Positions 25,171 to 37,094 of a DNA stretch of 64,000 nucleotides are shown in pieces; positions within the stretch are counted from its first letter, which is position 1; each line of letters opens with the position of its first letter. This DNA comes from Octopus sinensis (lineage: Eukaryota). The notes under the pieces were generated by a model. The model had not been told where the DNA came from. It was given only the letters and a program-made list of their open reading frames with translations, and did not search any database. Where the stretch lies: the NCBI RefSeq assembly GCF_006345805.1, contig NC_042998.1, positions 51,150,001 to 51,214,000 of the forward strand, in the 5' to 3' direction. The position numbers and the translations under genes are program-made.

Positions 25171-25472
25171 CAGATATATTTATGCATGTGTTTGTGTTTG
25201 TGTGTGTGTGTGTGTGTGTGCATGTGTGTATAAGTGAAACCATAATTATGCTTGTATGAGTGAATCTAAGGATGTTGGGCCTCACGGAGGTAATGACAGG
25301 AGACTGAGACCTTTGGTGATATGCTGTGATTGAGAAGACCCACCAACCAAGTGAAATTGTAGTCATGGCTTATGCCAGGGTTGCATAACCATAACTGGCG
25401 CATCCATGCTAGTGACATGTAAAATGCACTCTTTGAATGTTGGATGATATGCTGTGCTTGAGAAGACCCATT

Positions 25473-25798
25473 TAAAAGACTCCGCCAGTTACGACGACGA
25501 GGGTCCCAGCTGATACGATCAACGGAACAGCTTGCTCATGAAATTAACGTGCAAATGGCTGAGCATTCCACAGACACATGTACCCTTAACGTAGTTCTCG
25601 GGGATAATCAGCGTGACACAGAGAGTGACAAGGCTGACCCTTTGAAATACAAGTACAACTCATTTTTGCCAGCTGAGTGGACTGGAGCAACGTGAAATAA
25701 AGTGTCTTGCTCAAGGACACAACGCGTCGCCGGGAATCGAACTCACAACCTTACGATCATGAGCCGAATGCCCTAACCACTAAGCCACGCGCCCTCAC
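25473..25798 (-). mobile_element. Young tRNA-derived SINE, head E plus tail 2
   Basis: TGGCTTAGTGG / GAGTTCGATTCC boxes. 13-bp TSD GAGAA(G/A)ACCCATT. Four differences from 61270-61594. Confidence 0.9.
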
Positions 25799-26039
25799 GA
25801 GAAAACCCATTAAGCCAAGTGAAATTGTAGTCATGGCTCATGCCAGTGCTGTGTAACTGGCACCTGTGCCAGTGGCACGTAAAAAAAACACCCACTACAC
25901 TCTTGGAGTGGTTGGCATTAGGTAAGGCATCCAGCTGTAGAAAACATGCCAAATCAGATTGGAACCTTGTGCAATACCCAGCTTACCAGTTTTCTGTCTA
26001 ACCATCCAACCCATGCCAACATGGAAAGCGGATGTTAAA

Positions 26040-26197
26040 TGATGATGATGGTGGTGGTGGTGGTGGTGATGATGATGACGACATGATGATGATGGTGGTG
26101 GTGGTGGGTGGTGGTGGTGGTGGTGGTGTTGATTGTGATGATGTTGATGGTGGTGGTAGTGGTGGTGGTGGTGATGATGATGATGATGGTGATGATG

Positions 26198-26228
<31 letters not shown>

Positions 26229-26330
26229 GGTGGTGGTGGTGGTGATGGTAATGATGATGATGATGCGATGATGGTGATGATGATGCGATGATGGTGATGA
26301 TGATGATGGTGGTGGTGGTGGTGATGATGA
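26040..26330. repeat. (GAT)n/(GGT)n compound trinucleotide repeat expanded from a retroposon tail
   Basis: Directly follows a family-C 3' end. Confidence 0.9.
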
Positions 26331-27009
26331 TATATGCATGTATATATATACTGCATTTATATTCACCAGCGCTCCCATTTGTGTGTGTGAAAGAATGCAC
26401 TGATTTTCCTTATATTGTTTTTGTATGTATTTGTATACTGAACAACTTGATGGGCAAACTATTTGAAACAATATGAATTATCCATGTGACATTGTAATAG
26501 TTTTTATAATTTGTTCCAGAGCTATCCAGGGAAATACCATTATCACCAGAATGTAAATTTACAGCCCTTTGATTTGTAACTACTTTGCTAAGTGCTAACA
26601 CATGAAACTCTTGGCCCTGGAGTCACTCTGTTGTTTCTGCTAAATATTAATCTGTGTGTGTGGGTATGTGTGTGTATGTATATGTGTATGTGTATGTGTG
26701 TGTATGTGTGTGTGTATGTGTGTGTGTGTGTATGTATATATGTGTTTGTGTCTTTGTGTTTGCATCTTTGTGTATATGTTTGTAACAACCAATACACCCA
26801 CCGCTTGATGACCAATGCTGGTTTGTTTATATCCATGTAACTTACCAGTTCAGCAAAAGACACCGCCAAAATAACTACCAGACTTTTTAAAAAAGATAAT
26901 AAGTCATGCAGTGACCCAGAATGGCCACAGTCAAATGGCTGAAAAAGTAAATGATAAAAGATATGTGTATGCGTATGTGCGTGTGTGTGTGTGTGTGTGT
27001 GTGTTTGTG

Positions 27010-27048
<39 letters not shown>

Positions 27049-27259
27049 TTTGAATCTTTGTGTTTGTGTTTGCCCTCCCCCACCATTTGATGACCAGTGA
27101 TGATTTATTTACATCCCTGTGACTTAACAGTTCAGCAAAAGAGACCAATGAAACAACTACCAGGCTTTAAAAAAGAAAATAAGTCCTGCAGTGCTCCAGA
27201 ATGACCACAGTCAGATGACTGAAAAAGTAAAAGATAGAAGACAAATGATGCACGTATGT

Positions 27260-28070
27260 GTGTATGTGCTTGTGTGTGTGTGTGCATGTGTGTTTGTATG
27301 TGTGTTTGTGTGTATGTGTGTGTATGTGTGTGCATATGTGTTTGTGTGTGTGTGTGCATGTGTGTTTGTATGTGTGTTTGTGTGTATGTGTGTGTATGTG
27401 TGTGCATATGTGCTTGTGTGTGTGTGTGCATGTGTGTTTGTATGTGTGTTTGTGTGTATGTGTGTGTATGTGTGTGCATATGTGCTTGTGTGTGTGTGTG
27501 CATGTGTGTTTGTATGTGTGTTTGTGTGTATGTGTGTGTATGTGTGTGCATATGTGCTTGTGTGTGTGTGTGCGTGTGTGTTTGTATGTGTGTTTGTGTG
27601 TATGTGTGTGTATTGTGTGCATATGTGCTTGTGTGTGTGTGTGCGTGTTGTTTGTATGTGTGTTTGTGTGTATGTGTGTGTATGTGTGTGCATATGTGCT
27701 TGTGTGTGTGTGTGCATGTGTGTTCGTATGTGTGTTTGTGTGTATGTGTGTGTATGTGTGTGCATATGTGTTTGTGTGTGTGTGTGCGTGTGTGTTTGTA
27801 TGTGTGTTTGTGTGTATGTGTGTGTATGTGTGTGCATATGTGCTTGTGTGTGTGTGTGCGTGTGTGTTTGTATGTGTGTTTGTGTGTATGTGTGTGTATG
27901 TGTGTGCATATGTGTTTGTGTGTGTGTGTGCATGTGTGTTTGTATGTGTGTTTGTGTGTATGTGTGTGTATGTGTGTGCATATGTGCTTGTGTGTGTGTG
28001 TGTGCATGTGTGTTTGTATGTGTGTTTGTGTGTATGTGTGTGTATGTGTGTGCATATGTGCTTGTGTGTG
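27260..28070. repeat. 72-bp minisatellite (about 11 copies) built from interrupted (TG)n
   Basis: GCATATGTG recurs at 27332, 27404, 27476, 27548, 27619, 27690, 27762, 27834, 27906, 27978 and 28052. Confidence 0.9.
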
Positions 28071-29119
28071 AGTGTGTGTGTGTGTGTGTGTATGTGTGTG
28101 TGTGTGTGTATGGATATTGTCATATTGTTGTATTAAGCTTCTAATCAAAATAAAAATAGCTTTTCTCATTGTTTTCATTATGTTGCTACAAATAAGATGT
28201 GTGCTATAAAAGTTATTGCAGATCTAGCAATTACATAACTGATTTTTTTTTTGGGGTCACTTTTATTGTTGCAATAGATGCTTCCACTTTATTAAACTGT
28301 TTTACAGTTCATTGACCTTTTCCATTTTGAAGCTGATTCTAAATATCAATTATTACTTATGGGTGCAGGCATGGCTGTGTGGGAAGAAGCTTGCTTCGCA
28401 GTCACATGGTTCCAGGTTCAGTCCCACTGCATGGCTCCTTGGGCAAGTGTCTTCAACTGTAGCCTCCGCCAACCAAAGCCTGAAAGAGGCCCATCATGTG
28501 TATGTAATGTGTGTGTGTGTCTTTGTGTCTGTGTTTGTCCCCCACCCCACCCCACTGCTTGACGACCAATGTTGGTGTGTTTACATCCCTGTAACTTAGC
28601 GATTTGGCAAAAGACACCGATAGAATAAGTACCAGGTTTAAAATCAAAAAATAAGTCCTGGGGTCGATTTGTTTGACTAAAACCCTTCGAAGTGATGCGC
28701 CAGCATGACTGCAGTCAATTGACTGAAGTAAGTAAACGATTAATGTTCATTTCCAAAGGAATCAAATTTCTTCGCATTTGAAAGTCTATTTTTTACTTTT
28801 ATTTTTTTTTTATTTGTTTCAATCCTTGGACTGTGACCACACTGAGGAACCAACATGAAGGTGACACCAGACTTAGTTTTTTTTTTTTCTTTAAAGTGTA
28901 GAACTTATTCTATTAGTCTCCTTTGCCAAACCACAAAATTGCAGGGGCAGAAATAAACCAATACAATTTGCCAAACAGTGGGGGACAGACATAAACACAA
29001 ACGCGCACACAATCACACACATACGTGTGTGTATTTGTGTCTGTGAATTTTGGTCAGTAGAGTCAAAATGGCGCTTTTTACTTGTTATTGAGATATTCAG
29101 TGTTTAATTCTTACATGTA

Positions 29120-29183
29120 TTCACCTGATGAAAACGTTTTTCTAATCATCAGTAAAAAACACATCTGAAACAGCTGTAGGAAA
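29120..29183 (+). ncRNA. Decayed hammerhead in a PLE-like fragment
   Basis: CUGAUGA (29125-29131) ... GAAA-CAGCUG-UA (29167-29178) with palindromic stem III ACAGCUGU. Stems I and II are only partly paired. Confidence 0.4.
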
Positions 29184-29201
29184 CCACAATCCATCTGTTA
29201 T

Positions 29202-29232
<31 letters not shown>

Positions 29233-30684
29233 CAAGACTTCCTTCAGTCTTGAATGACTATGGGATTGTACCTTGAAAGTTGCCCCACAAGGCACAAGTC
29301 TGGGCAAGGTTGTTTTATAAAAGACCAGGAGTCACACATGCATACCGGCCTCCCTTCTTCACGCCACCGATGTTATCCAAGGAAAAGGCAAAGGCTGAAA
29401 CAGCTTGGCACCAGTGACACCACAACTCATTTCTACAGCTGAGTGGACTGGACCAACATGAAATAAACTCTGTTGCTCAAGAACACACCACAGAGCCCAG
29501 TCCAGGAATCGAACTCACTACCGCATGATTGTGAGCCTGATGCTCTAACCACTGAGCCATACACCTATTGCAGACAAGAAAGTAAATTTCAAACGCAATG
29601 AAGTTGCAAAGACTGCAGAGAAAGACTGGGTGTTTACTCTTATAAGATGTAACAAAGATACCAGAAGGCAGCAACAGGACTCATACCCCTCAGACACTGG
29701 CTGAGTGCTCTAACCATTACATTAAATGGCCCCCAAACCACAATTAAAGTCAATTTTAAATAAAAGGTATATACTCTTTTACTCTCTTTTTACTCTTTTA
29801 CTTGTTTCAGTCATTTGACTGCGGCCATGCTGGAGCACCGCCTTTAGTCGAGCAAATCGACTCCGGGACTTATTCTTTGTAAGCCCAGTACTTATTCTAT
29901 CGGTCTCTTTTGCCAAACTGCTAAGTAACGGGGACGTAAACACACCAGCATCGGTTGTCAAGCAATGCTAGGGGGACAAACACACATACACAAACACACA
30001 CCCATACACACACACATATATATACATATATACGACAGGCTTCTTTCAGTTTCCGTCTACCAAATCCACTCGCAAGGCATTGGTCGGCCCGGGGCTATAG
30101 CAGAAGACACTTGCCCAAGATGCCACGCAGTGGGACTGAACCCGGAACCATGTGGTTGGTTAGCAAGCTACTTACCACACAGCCACTCCTGTGCCTATAT
30201 ACATATATCTTTTATGTTTTACTTGTTTCAGTCATTTGACTGAGGTTATGCTGGGACACTGAAGGGTTTTAGTCAAACAAATCAATTCCAGAGCCTATTT
30301 ATTTAGTTTTTGTTTTTGTTTTAGTTTTTGAAGCCTAGTACTTGTTCCACTGGGCTCTTTTCTTGAACTACTAAGTTACAGGAATGTAAACACATCAACA
30401 CCATTTGTTAAGTTGTGGAGAAGAGAGACAAACACAGACACACACGCATATAGAAAGATATATACATATATATGTGCATATATATACAACAAGCTCCTTT
30501 CATTTTCTATCTACCAAATCCACTCACAAGGCTTTGGTCAGTCTGAGGCTGGAGTAGAAGACACTTGCACAAGGTGTCAAGCAGTGGGTCTGAACCTGGA
30601 ACCATGTGGTTGGGCAGCAAGCTTCTTACTACACAGCCACACCTGCACATATATGTATGTATATGTATATGTATATGTATATAT

Positions 30685-30733
<49 letters not shown>

Positions 30734-30734
30734 A

Positions 30735-30767
<33 letters not shown>

Positions 30768-30780
30768 GTATGTATATGTA

Positions 30781-30847
<67 letters not shown>

Positions 30848-32150
30848 ACCTATATAGTAGATTTATAAACAGGGCTAATTTAGCTATTTCTCCATAGAGT
30901 AAAAAAAACAATCAACAACCTTAATTGATTTTCAAATCATATTGGATTTTTAATCAAAGGCATCGACATCAATTTGACCAATCCTAGAGAAACCAGCTGC
31001 CAATTTGTTTACATACTGAACAATTTCAGTAGGTACAGGGAATTAGAGCTACTAATTTTCAAAGATAGAGAGGATGTGTAAGAGAGAGGGAGAGAGAGAG
31101 AGAGACAAATGTGTCATATTTAATGAAATAGCTTCCATAGTTACTATGAAGCTCTCCTCTTAAGATATAACAACGACTAACTCCAAACGCTGCTGTAACA
31201 GAAGACAATCACATTGAAGTCATTGGATTTCTTTGGCTTGCTTAATTATTGATGTCTTTTGACGAGACTTTGGACCAATTTATCACCATCATAATATTCA
31301 TTATCACCACGACCCCCTCCCCTACACACCACCACAACTAAACTACCATTACTACCACCATCGACAGCATCATGTCACATATTAATTTCATAGTTGTCAC
31401 CGTAAATGTTATTAATTGAAACCCAGTAACAAGAATTTCTTTCAAACTAATAATCTCTCTCAGAGTGCTTTGCAATATTAATAATGACAGTTTGAGTTGT
31501 AAATATCAATTTTTACAAGAATTGCCAGCTGAAGTCTTTTTTGCTGGCTTTTTTTGTTTTCTTCCCTGCTTTCCCTCTCAATGCTCATCCCTCAGTAAAT
31601 ATTTCTTTATCTTTTAGCAAAAAGACAATATTCTAATTGTTGACGTTGGTTCCACTGTCATTTGAAATAAGTAAAACACACACACACACACACACACATG
31701 CACACACACACACACAAAAAAAAAAAGGAATGATAGTCAATTCCTGAAACATGTACCGACATCAATATGAATCACAAAAGGGAACAAGTCCTTCAAGGCA
31801 GTGCTTCAACATGGTTACAGTACGATGACTAACACTACAAAACAGAGTTGAAAGAAAAATTACTAATTCATGTACATCTGATTTTATTTACAATTTTGGG
31901 TTACTGCTGCACTTCAATATTCGTTTTTACACTAGGCATAAGGCCTGAAATTTTTGGGGAGGAGGGGCAGCCGATTAGATCAACCCCAATACGAACTGGT
32001 ACTTAATTTACTGAACCCAAAAGGATGAAAGGCAAAGTCGACCTTGGCAGAATTTGAACTCAGAACGTAGTGACAGGCAAAATACTGCTAAGCATTTTGC
32101 CGCTTTGGCACTTCAACAATATTGTTGCTGTTTAGCTCCAGTTCAGTCTT

Positions 32151-32429
32151 AGATGTCTTGCAAACAACTTGCACATGCAAGTGCTAGCAGTCAATAGCTC
32201 CGCATACTGGTTGCCAGCAAGTGTATGGGGTCATCAGGAGAGAACGTGCACCATTTCAGGGCCTACCTCTCGACGGCATCAATGTGCACCAGCCCCCTCA
32301 CTGATATGAGGCCCTGCTTGCTAGATCAACTGGTTATTAAATAAAGCTCACTATTTCTCTAGCCATTGCTCATCGTCTCTTTTTAACCAAATCCAGTGGC
32401 TAGCCTTCTCCACTGTAGTTTGGATATCA
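32151..32429 (+). mobile_element. Possible solo LTR
   Basis: GC-richer block with AATAAA near 32340 and a ...GATATCA end. Imperfect terminal IR and imperfect 5-bp TSD GTCTT/GTCAT. Confidence 0.4.
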
Positions 32430-32615
32430 GTCATGGTGGTATTGACTTTACGATGAGTTAGCCCTAATCTGTTGTTAGAGATGTTTTGGATATAACCATC
32501 TTATAATTATGTATATAAATATATGACAACATGGTCAAATGAGGCCTTTTTTTAAAAACTCTTTAGCATTCACCCCAACCCCCACACAATTGCATCTTCA
32601 CCACCTTCTCTCCCT

Positions 32616-32656
<41 letters not shown>

Positions 32657-32767
32657 ATCTCTCTCTCCCACCATCTCTCTCTCTCTCTGATTCTGACTGA
32701 GTTGGACAGGTATCTCTTCTACTGCAAGACTCGTGTTTGACTGGTGCTTGAATTTTAGACTCTAGAA

Positions 32768-33091
32768 TGGTGGTTCTCAACCAGGGTCCATGTAACCCCT
32801 GTTGGTCTATATAAGAGTTTTAGAGGTCCATGCAAGCAAAATGGTAAATTGGGAACCCATTAAGGGTCATGTAAAAAAAAAAACTTTGCTTTAGATGTAT
32901 GTATTGCAAGAAACAGCTAGGTTTCTTTCTTTAATGTATTTCATAGTTCAAACTACAAAAGTTAATGTGAGATGAACAAAATAGGAATTCTGAAAGAAGT
33001 ATCTATAAAACTAGATAGGCTTTGGAGATTCACCGGAATAAAATACTAATCAAAGGGGTTTGTAAATAAAAAAAAACGTTGAAAACCACTG
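32768..33091. mobile_element. hAT (Charlie-like) MITE
   Basis: Ends tgGTGGTTCTCAAC / GTTGAAAACCACTG. 8-bp TSD CTCTAGAA/CTCTATAA. Confidence 0.8.
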
Positions 33092-34355
33092 CTCTATAAA
33101 GATGAAAGGTAAAGCTGATCATGTCAGTATTTGAACTGATAACATAAAGAGCCAGAACCGTATACTGCAAGGCATTTTTGTTTGAAGCACTAGTAATTCT
33201 ACCAATTCACCTCCACTGTCCTTATTCTGTGTTATTTATTGAATGGAATTCTTTGTCAGACATATATGTCGTTTGGACTCTATTATCTTTGCAAATCATT
33301 TTTAACCCTTTCTCTTAATTGCTTGTATGAATTTCTCTTGACCTTTTCAGCTGTAATTAGTCATTTTGTGGGCTAAATCAATATTAATGACCACATTCTT
33401 TAAAGTCTTCATTGTCTGTTTCTTTAGAGTAAGGAAAAAACCTATAAACATTATTTTTTTTTTGTTTCATTTTTAACATAATGCCTCATGCATTGTAAAC
33501 AGCCACAACAATCTTCAATTATTGTTATTTCCTTTTTTTTTTTTACCTTTTTTGGAAAAGTTTATGAAAGCAGCAGAATAATAAATTATTGCCAAACTAA
33601 AGTATTTATCAGATTTAAAACATATACTTCATTCAGCTAAGTGATAGCTTATTAAATCTATAGTAAACATGAAATGGAAAGGATCAAGAAGAGTCAATTG
33701 TTGTGCATTCACAAGAAAACAGATCAGTGATATGAGGTGAAAATGACTAAGCCAGATGAATGCCATACTGGTAAGAATGAGAAAGTAAACATTATTGTAT
33801 CAAGCGCATACACACATAGTTTAACAAACAACCTTGTGTGTGTGTGTGTGTGTGTGTATGTGTGTATGTGTGTGTATAGTGAGGAAGAGAAAGGGATGTG
33901 AAAGGGAATATGAGAAAGATCTAAGAACTGAACTAGAATCAATAAAGAATGATTTTGTAGACCAACAAAAGATCCTCACCTACCCAATAATAAAACTTAA
34001 TGGCCAAATAGCAACAATAAAAATATAAATGTAATGTAAACAGATATGCACATCAATATTGTTAGGGAAAAAATAAAAATCTAAATAATATATACAATAT
34101 ATACAGAAGCCACAGTAGTTATAAAAGAAAGTGTGAATTCCCTGAAGATTATCAAAAACCAAGGAAGCAGTTTGGGAAACAAGTCCTTATTTAATCAATA
34201 AGGATTATAGAAAAATATACAAAATAGAGACAAATGCTATAGAAATATAAAATAACCAATACATATACATACACGTGCACACACACACACACGTGCACAT
34301 ACATGCATACATAAATATATACATATTCATACATATGTGTGTGTGTGTGTGTGTG

Positions 34356-34790
34356 ATGAAGGTCACGGAGAGGGCCATAACTCAACTAATTAGGGAGAGA
34401 GTCTGCTTAGATGAGATGCAGTTCGGTTTTGTGCCAGGTAGAAGCACCACTGATGCTATATTCTTCGTGTGGCAACTGCACGAGAAATACCTAGCCAAAG
34501 ATAAACCCCTATACTTGGCTTTTGTGGACTTGGAGAAAGCCATTGACAGGGTCCTCCAATCCCTTATCTGGTGGGCAATATGGAAACTGGGGATTGACGA
34601 ATGGTTAAGGGCTGTACAAGCCCTATACAGAGATGCTATTAGTAAGGGTAGGGTTAGCAATGAGTATAGTGAAGAATTCCGGGTAGAAGTAAGGGTCCAC
34701 CAAGGATCATCCCTCAGTTCCCTTTTATTCATCATAGTCCTCCAGGCAATAAAAGAGGAATTCAAGACAGGTTGCCCCTGGGAGCTCTTT
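34356..34790 (+). mobile_element. RTE-clade LINE reverse-transcriptase fragment
   Basis: QFGFVPGRSTTDAIF...LAFVDLEKAIDRV...VHQGSSLSSLLF. Confidence 0.9.
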
Positions 34791-35410
34791 GCGTTCTGAG
34801 TTCAAATTTCACCAAGGTCAACTGAACCATTCATTCTTTCAGGGTCAATAAAGTAAGTACCAGTTGAGCACTGAAGTCAGTCTAATCAACTTACCCCCCA
34901 CCCTCAAAATTGTTGGCCTTGTGTCAAAGTTTGAAACCAATAATATTGGTTTCAAATTTAGGTACAAAGCCAGCAGTCTTGATGGGAGAAGCTACATCGA
35001 CCCCAGTACTCAACTGGTACTTATTTTTCAACCCTGAAAGGATGAAAGGCAAAGTTGACCTCATGGAATTTGAACACAGAATGTAAAGTTGGATGAGATG
35101 CCACTAAGCATTACACCCAGCGTGCTAACGATCCTGCCAGCTTGCACCTTTGAAACCAATAATAGACAGGATAAATAAACACCAGAAAAGTACCTGAGAA
35201 AACCCAAACTCATTTCCAGAATAACAGTAGGGATACTGTAAGGTCTCATATGGTTGTTAAGATCAATTACTCAATAAGTGAAAGCAATGGAATGAGAAAA
35301 AAGAGTCTGAACATAGCAGAGATTGACAACCAGAAAAATATTCCGGCACGTGTGGAAACATTAGCCATTAGTAAGAAAGCACCAGTAATAAACAGACATA
35401 TCACGTGTAT

Positions 35411-35903
35411 CAGTGGTTCTCAACCATTTTTTACCTGTGGGACTGCTTTGATTTCTATTTTACTCTACTGGACCCCCGTAGCCATTTGAAGTTTTAAGAA
35501 TTCCCATTATATTTTTATAATTAAATACTATTAAAATAAATAAATGCGCCCTTTTAAAGCCTAGCCAGGCTTATGGGCCTGGTTTCCTGATTTCTATGGT
35601 GTGTGTGTTCCCTAGCTGGATGGGACGCCAGTCCATCATAGCATTACTTATTTTTGCAAGCTGAATGGACTGGAGCAGCGTCTCCCGGTCCAGGAATCGA
35701 AACCACAATCTTACAATCATGGTGCTGACAGCCTAACCACTAAGCCACGCACCTCCACAAATACTATTAGGAATTGTATAAAAAACAGTTGTTAAAATAT
35801 TTTGTGTATTGTAGAAGTAGATTGCATATAATTTTTAAGAACTAAATCTTCTATGGATCCCCCACCCCCGCAGGGTCATGTGGATCCCAGTTGAGTACCA
35901 CTG
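35411..35903. mobile_element. hAT MITE containing a SINE (35534-35758)
   Basis: CAGTGGTTCTCAAC / GTTGAGTACCACTG. The SINE is flanked by an 11-bp TSD AAATACTATTA. Confidence 0.8.
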
Positions 35904-36099
35904 ATGTATATCATGAATAAATAGTAAATAATCCTGCAGGTATAAATGAAAGGAAGAATTAGATACTAGAAATCCTGCTTCTATTAGAAGAGACATGATA
36001 TTCCAAGGAGTTCCTCTCTCTTTTTTTGTTTACATTTTATCTATCTGGAATTAACATCTTTAACTAATATAAGAAACAAAACTGGACTTAATTCTATGG

Positions 36100-36460
36100 G
36101 AGGATAACCAAATATCTTTCATCTGTGGATAACCTCAAGTTGTATACTGCAAATGGTAAACAACTGGAAACAGCGCTACATGTAGCACTCAGATTTACTA
36201 GAGGAATTGATACGAAGTTCATCTTAAAAAATTGGCCTTGGCCATCTTGAAGAAAGAAAACTTGAATGAAATATTATATTAGATATAAAACAAACAAAAA
36301 AAACTGATACAGGAGAATTAAACTACCACAGACTTACAAAAGCTTCGATATAAAATGAAATAGATGGTGTATAGAACACTCAAATAACAGAAAAGATTTA
36401 GATGCTGCATTATAGATACATTAGAGTAATACTTAAAACAGTGCTAAATGCAAAAAATAT
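36100..36460 (+). mobile_element. Decayed R4-like non-LTR RT fragment (related pieces at about 37180-37230, 38130-38240 and 55570-55900)
   Basis: VDNLKLYTAN (YMDDLKLY-like) and ILKTVLNAKN motifs. Confidence 0.55.
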
Positions 36461-36785
36461 GTACATAGCTGTGAGGTTAAAAAGCTTGCTTTGAAATCAC
36501 ATGGTTTCAAGTTCAGTACCAGTGTGTGGTACCTTGGGCAAGTGTTTTCAACTATAGCCCAAGGCCAACCAATGCTTTGTGAGTGTATTTAGTTGATGGA
36601 AACTGAAAGAAGCCCATTGAATATGTGTGTCTGTGTTTGTGCTCCACATCCCCACTGCTTGACAACTGGTATTGGTTTGTTTACATCCCTGTAACTTAGC
36701 AATTTGGCAGTAGAGACCAATAGAATAAGTACCAGATGTTAAAGAAAAAGAACATAGGTACTAGAGTCACTTTGTTCGACTAAAG

Positions 36786-37094
36786 CAGGGCTGGCCGACC
36801 AGAGGCCTGCAGACTGAATATGGCCCGCTTAATACTTTCTTGAAATGGGTTTATTTAAACAAACATTTTTAGAATTTTATCAAAAATTAAAGATTGTAAT
36901 GAAAAGTGAAAAAGAACGATACTACTGTTTTTACAACAATAATATTTCATGTTGAATCAACGATCATTCATTCATTATTGTAATAAGAGCATGAGAAAGC
37001 AAAATGCTTTCAATTCTGTCAGTATACAAGTGACCCTAAAAAAACTTTCTGTGATTAAAGTGGTCCAGAATGTAATTCAAGCTGATCAGACCTG
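36786..37094. mobile_element. hAT MITE inserted in a family-A SINE
   Basis: CAGGGCTGGCCGAC / GCTGATCAGACCTG with 8-bp TSD GACTAAAG/GACTAAAC. Confidence 0.7.

Noticed and set aside
25730-25798. tRNA gene
   Set aside because: A and B boxes are present, but this is the head of a TSD-flanked SINE. The same applies to the other SINE heads.
25895-26476. Poly-His/Pro/Thr ORFs
   Set aside because: They come from the (GAT)/(GGT) expansion of a retroposon tail.
26410-26601. Minus-strand 63-aa ORF in unique sequence as a possible host exon
   Set aside because: There is an in-frame stop shortly upstream and no convincing acceptor/donor pair.
27132-28178. Longest ORFs (256-348 aa; HT- or CV-rich)
   Set aside because: They are translations of the 72-bp TG minisatellite and are open in all six frames only because the repeat lacks stops.
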